Assembly (NCBI GenBank): GCA_037140415.1
Contig: JBAXEN010000001.1
Location: forward strand, 1-45,384
Length of the DNA: 45,384 nt
Reading direction: 5' to 3'
Origin: Betaproteobacteria bacterium
GTDB taxonomy: Bacteria; Pseudomonadota; Gammaproteobacteria; Burkholderiales; Burkholderiaceae_C
Below are positions 39,552 through 45,384 of this stretch, piece after piece (the first letter of the stretch is position 1; every line of letters starts with the position of its first letter). The translations under genes were made by a program, and so were the position numbers. The notes beneath the pieces are model-generated. The model had not been told where the DNA came from. It searched no databases and saw only the letters and a program-made list of their open reading frames with translations.

Positions 39552-40079
39552 ATGCCAATGTCCCACGAAGAAATTCTCGATATCCTCGATGCGATTGACA
39601 AGATGAATTGCGCCTCGGTGGAGGTGACGCTGGGTGATGTGAGCATTGCGGTACACCGGGGCCAGGCCCCTGCGGCGCGCAGCGCCGAGGCGCCACAGGC
39701 CCAACACATGCCATCGGTTCATGCGCAAGCGCGCGCCAACCCGCAGCCCTCGCAAGCCGCTCCTGCTGCGTCGCGGGCGCAAGCTCAACCGAACGCTGAT
39801 CTGGCGCCCTGGCTGGAGCGGGAGGCTCAAGGGCAGGTTCGCATCGTGCGCGCCCCGATGATCGGCACTTTCTACCGGGCCAAAGCCCCGGGCGAGCCGG
39901 CTTTCGTTGAGGTGGGCCAGACGGTGAGCCCAGGCGATACCCTGGGCTTGATGGAGGTGATGAAGTTGTTCAATTCGCTGCTCGCCAATGCGGCCGGAAC
40001 GGTCGATGCCATCCTGGCGGGCAACGGCGATCTGCTGGAATTCGATCAGCCGGTTTTTGTGATCAGGACCGCTGTATGA
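39552..40079 (+). CDS. Biotin carboxyl carrier protein
   Basis: Ala/Pro linker, APMIGTFY, biotinylation motif EVMKL. Confidence 0.93.
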   Translation: MPMSHEEILDILDAIDKMNCASVEVTLGDVSIAVHRGQAPAARSAEAPQAQHMPSVHAQARANPQPSQAAPAASRAQAQPNADLAPWLEREAQGQVRIVRAPMIGTFYRAKAPGEPAFVEVGQTVSPGDTLGLMEVMKLFNSLLANAAGTVDAILAGNGDLLEFDQPVFVIRTAV

Positions 40080-40128
40080 ACCGACAGACGCGCAACACGG
40101 GCTGCCGCGGCCCAGGGAGCAGCACCCC

Positions 40129-41292
40129 ATGAGCCGGTCGATGGCCTATATCGTCGGTGCTTACGAGCACCCCACCCGCAAAGCGCCCGACAAATCGGTC
40201 GCCCAGCTGCATGCCGAGTGCGCCCGCGGCGCTCTGGCCGACGCCGGCCTGAGTCTGCGCGATGTCGATGGCTATTTCTGCGCCGGCGACGCGCCGGGCC
40301 TGGGCGCGCTCAATATGGCCGATTACCTGGGCCTGAACTGCCGGCACATTGATTCGACCGACACCGGCGGATCTTCTTATCTGGTTCATGTGGCCCATGC
40401 GGCGCAGGCGATTGCCGCCGGCAAGTGCCATGTTGCGCTGATCACCCTGGCCGGAAGGCCTCGCTCCGAGGCCACCAACGGCACCCGCCAGCGCGACGCC
40501 AGGCCCAATGTGCCCGATGAGCCCTTCGAGCTGCCTTATGGCGTGGTGACGGTGAACAACTACGCCTTGGTTGCAGCCCGACATATGCACGATTGGGGAA
40601 CCACGCCTGAGCAGCTGGCCTGGATCAAGGTGGCCGCTTCGCGGCATGCGCAGCACAACCCCCATGCGATGCTGCGCGATCCGGTCAGCCTCGATGATGT
40701 GCTCGCATCGCCCTTGATTTCTGATCCGCTGCGGCGCATGGACTGCTGTGTGGTGAGCGACGGCGGCGGTGCCCTGGTGGTCACCCGCCCTGAAATCGCC
40801 CGCACGCTCAAGCAGCCGCTGGTGGCGGTGCGCGGCACTGGCGAGGCCATCAAAGGCCTGGATGGCGGGCGCATCGATCTGTCTTATTCGGCGGCCGCCT
40901 GGTCGGGCCGGGCGGCTTTTGAGCAAGCCGGTGTGACGCCGGCAGACATTCAATACGCATCGATCTACGACAGCTTCACCATCACCGTGTTGGTGCAGCT
41001 CGAAGACCTGGGCTTTTGCGCCAAGGGCGAGGGCGGGCGCTTTGTCGCTGACGGCAATCTGATTTCAGGTGTCGGCAGGCTGCCGGTCAATACCGACGGT
41101 GGCGGGCTGTGCAACAACCATCCGGCCAACCGTGGCGGCATCACCAAGGTCATTGAGGCGGTCCGACAATTGCGAGGGCAGGCCCATCCGGCGGTACAGG
41201 TCAAGGACTGCACCCTGGCCCTGGCGCAGGGCATGGGGGGCTATCTGGGCACCCGCCACGGCAGCGCCACCTTGGTACTGGAAAGGCTGTAA
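40129..41292 (+). CDS. SCP2/Ltp2-type thiolase-like protein
   Basis: DCCVVSDGGGA, IYDSFT, LEDLGFC.KGEGG, VNTDGGGL, EAVRQLRG. Confidence 0.9.
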   Translation: MSRSMAYIVGAYEHPTRKAPDKSVAQLHAECARGALADAGLSLRDVDGYFCAGDAPGLGALNMADYLGLNCRHIDSTDTGGSSYLVHVAHAAQAIAAGKCHVALITLAGRPRSEATNGTRQRDARPNVPDEPFELPYGVVTVNNYALVAARHMHDWGTTPEQLAWIKVAASRHAQHNPHAMLRDPVSLDDVLASPLISDPLRRMDCCVVSDGGGALVVTRPEIARTLKQPLVAVRGTGEAIKGLDGGRIDLSYSAAAWSGRAAFEQAGVTPADIQYASIYDSFTITVLVQLEDLGFCAKGEGGRFVADGNLISGVGRLPVNTDGGGLCNNHPANRGGITKVIEAVRQLRGQAHPAVQVKDCTLALAQGMGGYLGTRHGSATLVLERL

Positions 41293-41296
41293 ACCC

Positions 41297-41698
41297 ATGA
41301 GCACTCCTTGGCAAGCAAGAATTGCGACAGAGCCGGCGGTCTATCCGGAGACCGAGGCCTTCTGGCAGGCGGCCAATGAAGGTCGGCTGCTGCTCAAACG
41401 CTGCGTGGACTGCGGGCAATTTCATTGGTATCCCCGCGCCATCTGTCCGTTTTGCGCCAGCGACCGCACCGAGTGGGTACAGGCCAGCGGCAAGGCCGTG
41501 GTGTATTCAGTCACCGTCAGCCGCAAGTCGGGCCCTGTGCCTTACGCCCTGGCCTATGTGACCCTGGAAGAAGGGGTGACGATGCTCAGCAACATCGTCG
41601 AGTGCGATTTGGATGCGGTGCGCATCGGCGATGCGGTCGAGCTGACCTTCGTGAGCACCGCGGCCGGCCACGCGATCCCCGTCTTTCGCCCCGCCTGA
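41297..41698 (+). CDS. DUF35 Zn-ribbon/OB-fold protein
   Basis: FWQA, CxxC...PR..CPxC, PYALAYV.LEEG, PVFRP. Confidence 0.92.
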   Translation: MSTPWQARIATEPAVYPETEAFWQAANEGRLLLKRCVDCGQFHWYPRAICPFCASDRTEWVQASGKAVVYSVTVSRKSGPVPYALAYVTLEEGVTMLSNIVECDLDAVRIGDAVELTFVSTAAGHAIPVFRPA

Positions 41699-41731
41699 TC
41701 AGCCCCTGAGCGCAGCTCGGCAAGCGCCGGA

Positions 41732-42631
41732 TCAGGGCCGCGATGACACCACGATGCCGCCGACGATCATGACGAAGGCCAGAAGGTGGTAGATCTGGGG
41801 CGCCTCGCCCAGCAGCACGGTCGACAGCAGGGCCGTGAAGACCGGCGCCAGGTTGCTGAAAAACGAGGCGATCTGCGGCCCGGCGCGCCGCACGCCTATG
41901 CCCCAGAAGCGGTAGGCCAGCACCGCCGGCCCAACCGCGATGAAAACAACCGCGGCCACCACCGGGATGCTCCAGATGATGCGCGGTGATCCCAGGGTCC
42001 ATTCCGCGCCGGCAAACAGGCCCGACCAGACCAGCCCAAACAGGATCTGCGCCATCAGGTAGCCAGCCCAGTCCTCGCGCAGGCTTTGCGGCTCGCTGGG
42101 CCGCGCCAGCAGCCAGCTGTAGACGCTCCAGCACACGGTGGCCAGAAGAACATAGGCGTCGCCCGGGACAAAGCGCAGCTGCTGCAAGACCGCCCATTGG
42201 CCGCGGCACAGGACCAGCAGCACGCCGCCGATGGACAGCAGGGCGCCCAGCCACTGGCGCTTGGAGATGGTCTGAGCGTGCAGCATTCGGCCCAGCAGCA
42301 AGGTCCACACCGGCATGCTGCCCGCGACCAGGGTGACGTTGACCGCGGTCGATGTCTGCAGCGCCATGTATTGCAAGGCGTTGTAGGCACCGATGCTCAT
42401 CAGGCCGAGCAGGGCCAGGCGGCGCCAGTGCGGCCAGACCGGGCCGTCCCGGCGTAAAAAGCGCCACGACAGAGGCAGCAGGATCAGGAAGGCCAGCACC
42501 CAGCGCAGGAAATTGAGCGTCAGCGGCGGCACCTGCCCATGGATCCAGCGGCCGACCAGGGAGTTGCAGGCCCACAGCAGCGAGGCTGCGCTGAGCATCA
42601 GCACGGTCGCCGGGGTCAATGGTGAAGACAT
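41732..42631 (-). CDS. DMT/EamA family transporter
   Basis: Multi-TM, PPLTLNFLRW, LLGE. Confidence 0.87.
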   Translation of the reverse strand: MSSPLTPATVLMLSAASLLWACNSLVGRWIHGQVPPLTLNFLRWVLAFLILLPLSWRFLRRDGPVWPHWRRLALLGLMSIGAYNALQYMALQTSTAVNVTLVAGSMPVWTLLLGRMLHAQTISKRQWLGALLSIGGVLLVLCRGQWAVLQQLRFVPGDAYVLLATVCWSVYSWLLARPSEPQSLREDWAGYLMAQILFGLVWSGLFAGAEWTLGSPRIIWSIPVVAAVVFIAVGPAVLAYRFWGIGVRRAGPQIASFFSNLAPVFTALLSTVLLGEAPQIYHLLAFVMIVGGIVVSSRP

Positions 42632-42741
42632 GTCCCGACTGTAGCGCGCTCGGGAATGCGCCCCGGTCTCCTGCGCGCAGGCGCGTTTCGTGTCACCATC
42701 GCGGTTTTTGATGTTTGAGCGCTCGCTAAAAGGAGATTGAG

Positions 42742-43737
42742 ATGAGCAGTACCCTGTCCAAGGCCGTCCGTATTGAACGCTTTGGTGGTCCGGAGGAGAT
42801 GAAACTGGTCGACGTGAATGTGGGTGAGCCCGGCCCGGGCGAGATTCGCATCCGTCACAAGGCGGTCGGCCTCAATTTCATCGACGTCTACCAGCGCACC
42901 GGCATGTATCCGCTGCCCTTGCCCCTGAACATGGGCATGGAGGCCTCGGGCCTCATTGAGGCGGTCGGCGAGGGTGTTTCCCACCTGAAGGTGGGCGACC
43001 GCGCCGCCTACGCCAGCCAGCCCCCCGGCAGCTATTGCGAGCTGCGGGTGATGCCGGCGCGCAGCGTGTGCAAACTGCCCGATGCGATTTCCTTTGAGAC
43101 TGGCGCGGCCATGATGCTCAAGGGCATGACGGTGCAGTACCTGCTGCGTCGCACTTTGCCGCAAGCTGGGCTGCAGGCCGGTGATTTTGTGCTGTTTCAT
43201 GCCGCTGCCGGCGGCGTCGGCCTGATCGCCTGCCAGTGGGCGCGTGCCTTGGGCCTGCAACTCATCGGCACCGCCGGCTCGGACGAAAAATGCGCGCTGG
43301 CCAAGTCCAACGGCGCAGCCCATGTGATCAATTACGCCAAGGAAGACTTCGTGGCCAGGGTCAAGGAGATCACCGGCGGCCAGGGCGTGAAAGTCGTCTA
43401 TGACTCTGTCGGTGCCGATACCTTCATGAAGTCGCTTGACTGCCTGCGCCCCTTCGGCCTGATCGCCAACTTTGGCAATGCCTCGGGCAAGGTGCCTCCG
43501 TTTGACATCAATGTGCTGGCCGGCAAGGGCTCGCTGTATGCCACCCGGCCGACCCTGTTCAGCCATCTGGCCACCCGTGAAGCCACGCAGGAAATCGCCG
43601 ACGATTTGTTTGGCATGGTTGCCAGCGGCAAGGTCAAGATCCAGATCGACCAAAGCTTCCCGCTGGATCGGGTGGCCGACGCTCACCGCGATTTAGAGGC
43701 CCGCAAGACCACAGGCTGCACCATTTTGACCCTCTGA
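42742..43737 (+). CDS. qor: NADPH:quinone oxidoreductase (zeta-crystallin family)
   Basis: GLNFIDVY, HAAAGGVG, YDSVG, RKTTG; AAGGAG SD. Confidence 0.92.
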   Translation: MSSTLSKAVRIERFGGPEEMKLVDVNVGEPGPGEIRIRHKAVGLNFIDVYQRTGMYPLPLPLNMGMEASGLIEAVGEGVSHLKVGDRAAYASQPPGSYCELRVMPARSVCKLPDAISFETGAAMMLKGMTVQYLLRRTLPQAGLQAGDFVLFHAAAGGVGLIACQWARALGLQLIGTAGSDEKCALAKSNGAAHVINYAKEDFVARVKEITGGQGVKVVYDSVGADTFMKSLDCLRPFGLIANFGNASGKVPPFDINVLAGKGSLYATRPTLFSHLATREATQEIADDLFGMVASGKVKIQIDQSFPLDRVADAHRDLEARKTTGCTILTL

Positions 43738-43822
43738 CGGGGGCTGTGGGAGCCGCGGCCTCGGGCCGAGCGCGCGGCCCGTTCTCAGGCCGATCTCACC
43801 GGGGCGGCGCTTGCGCAAGCTG

Positions 43823-43860
43823 GGCTTGCTGCGACGGCTGGGGGAGCTGCGCTGCAAGCC
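43823..43860. terminator. Long imperfect hairpin between convergent qor and lspA
   Basis: GGCTTGC-T-GCG-A-CGGCT-(GGGGG)-AGCTG-CGC-T-GCAAGCC; no U-tract. Confidence 0.35.
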
Positions 43861-44360
43861 TAGCGCGAGCGGCGCACCCGCAGCAGCTCGTCAGCGATCA
43901 GGCAAACCGCACCGACGGTGATGGTGCTGTCGGCCAGGTTGAAGGCCGGGAAGTGCCAGCCGGCCCAGTGAAAGTCCAGAAAGTCGATCACATGGCCATG
44001 GAGCAGGCGGTCGATCACATTGCCGACCGCGCCGCCCAAAATGCAGGCCAGGGCGAAGCAAAACAGCTTTTGCCCCGGATGCGCCTTGAGCAGATAGACA
44101 ATGAACACGGTAGCGACGGCGCCGACCCCGGTGAAGAACCAGCGTTGCCAGCCCGAGGCGCCCGCCAGGAATGAAAACGCTGCCCCGCTGTTGTGAACCC
44201 GCACCAGGTTGAAAAACGAGGCCACCGGCGTCGATTCGCCGAACTGGAAAGCACCCAGAATCAGCACCTTGCTCAGCTGGTCAAGCACGACGATCAAAAT
44301 CGCCAGCGCCAGCCAGGGCAGCAGGCCGTTAGCGCCTTGGGTTTTTCCGCCCTTGGCCAT
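43860..44360 (-). CDS. lspA: Lipoprotein signal peptidase II
   Basis: DQLSK, NSGAAFS, GNVIDR, VIDF, FNLAD; TGATG overlap with ileS. Confidence 0.96.
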   Translation of the reverse strand: MAKGGKTQGANGLLPWLALAILIVVLDQLSKVLILGAFQFGESTPVASFFNLVRVHNSGAAFSFLAGASGWQRWFFTGVGAVATVFIVYLLKAHPGQKLFCFALACILGGAVGNVIDRLLHGHVIDFLDFHWAGWHFPAFNLADSTITVGAVCLIADELLRVRRSR

Positions 44361-45384
44361 CACGCCACCTGCCGCACTTCGCCAGTGCCGTGGAGGTTGC
44401 TGGTGCAGCGGCCGCACAAGCTGGGGTGGGCGCTGTCGTGCCCAACATCTTCGCGGTAGTGCCAGCAGCGCTCGCACTTGGCCGCTGAGCTCGGCTGGAC
44501 CCGGATCGCCAGCGTATCGCCCATGTGGCACTGCAGCGCCGAGGTGATGAAAACGAATTTGGCGTCATCGCCCAGGGCGGTGATCAGCGCGTGATCAGGC
44601 GGCGGCAATTGCAGGCTGACGCTGGCCTGCAACGAGGAGCCAACCTGCCCGGCAGCGCGCAGCGTTTCGATCTCCTTGTTGACCGCATCGCGGATCTCGC
44701 GGATGCGCGACCAGCGCTGTAGCAAGTCGGTATCGGGCGCGCCCATCTGCGAAAAAGTTTCCAAGAAAATCGTCTCGGAGCTGCCGATGCTGCCCCAGGC
44801 CTCTTCGGCGGTGAAGGACAGAAACGGGGCCATCCAGCGCAGCATGGCCTGGGTGATGCGGTAGAGCGCGGTTTGGGCGCTGCGGCGGGCCAGGCTTTTC
44901 GGAGCGGTGGTGTAGAGCCGGTCCTTGAGCACATCCAGGTAGAAGGCGCCCAGGTCCTCCGAGCAGTAGACCTGCAGCTTGGACACCACCGGGTGGAACT
45001 CGTAGACCTCGTAGTGCGCCAGGATCTCGGCCTGCAATTGCGCCGCGCGTGCCAGGGCGTAGCGGTCGATCTCCAGCAGCTGCGCATCGGGCACCGCGTC
45101 GCGATGCGGGTCGAAGTCGCTCACATTGGCCAGCAAAAAGCGCAGGGTGTTGCGGATACGCCGGTAGGCATCGACCACCCGGGCCAGGATCTTGTCGTCA
45201 ATGTTCAGGTCGCCCGAGTAGTCGGTCGAGGCCACCCACAGGCGCACGATCTCGGCACCCAGTTTTTGCGTCACGCTTTGCGGCTCGACCGTATTGCCCA
45301 GGCTCTTGCTCATCTTGCGGCCCTGGCCGTCGGTGGCAAAGCCGTGCGTGAGCAGGCCGCGATAGGGCGCGCGGTCAAACAGCG
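44360..45384 (-). CDS. ileS: Isoleucine--tRNA ligase, C-terminal part (5' truncated)
   Basis: [25 protein letters not shown]-terminal zinc finger CERCW..CGRC; canonical ileS-lspA order. Confidence 0.97.
   Translation of the reverse strand, partial: LFDRAPYRGLLTHGFATDGQGRKMSKSLGNTVEPQSVTQKLGAEIVRLWVASTDYSGDLNIDDKILARVVDAYRRIRNTLRFLLANVSDFDPHRDAVPDAQLLEIDRYALARAAQLQAEILAHYEVYEFHPVVSKLQVYCSEDLGAFYLDVLKDRLYTTAPKSLARRSAQTALYRITQAMLRWMAPFLSFTAEEAWGSIGSSETIFLETFSQMGAPDTDLLQRWSRIREIRDAVNKEIETLRAAGQVGSSLQASVSLQLPPPDHALITALGDDAKFVFITSALQCHMGDTLAIRVQPSSAAKCERCWHYREDVGHDSAHPSLCGRCTSNLHGTGEVRQVA

Noticed and set aside
33998-40079. Annotating BC and BCCP as housekeeping accC/accB
   Set aside because: They are not adjacent and are embedded in a catabolic cluster with a PC-type CT rather than AccA/AccD
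25246-41716. GCTGCGCT(G/C)AG inverted match at both ends of the catabolic cluster as possible mobile-element ends
   Set aside because: Only 10 of 11 bp in GC-rich DNA; no transposase, integrase, tRNA or target duplication visible
1-45384. CRISPR arrays, tRNA/rRNA, riboswitches, prophage or defence genes
   Set aside because: No regularly spaced repeats or recognisable RNA or phage signatures by eye; intergenic gaps are short. An Infernal/Rfam scan would be needed to exclude small RNAs

Overview
GC-rich chromosomal segment whose gene content and order point to a betaproteobacterium, probably Burkholderiales/Comamonadaceae (inference). It holds about 43 tightly packed CDS. I saw no rRNA, tRNA, CRISPR, integrase or IS. 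The left part (1-17.5 kb) is mostly housekeeping: a partial wzz-like gene, pcp, an orphan NarL regulator, the trpS/M50/yciO/PHP block, recJ, lolC/E-lolD, a protease-MoxR-DUF58-VWA operon and tatD. From 17.6 to 25.2 kb are tctB-tctA, two Bug/TctC binding proteins, a GGT-family enzyme, an EamA transporter and an SDR. From 25.3 to 41.7 kb is a 14-gene, same-strand accessory catabolic cluster. It encodes a hot-dog dehydratase, a CaiB CoA-transferase, an ADP-forming acyl-CoA ligase, an atypical SDR, MmgE/PrpD, two Bug proteins, GntR, a three-subunit biotin carboxylase with a pyruvate-carboxylase-type CT, a fused 3-oxoacid CoA-transferase, and a Cys-less thiolase with DUF35. The right end has EamA, qor, lspA and partial ileS. 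The two strongest leads are the uncharacterised carboxylation/CoA pathway with its candidate GntR operator, and a recurring -10-box-N6-start signature suggesting leaderless mRNAs for seven genes.
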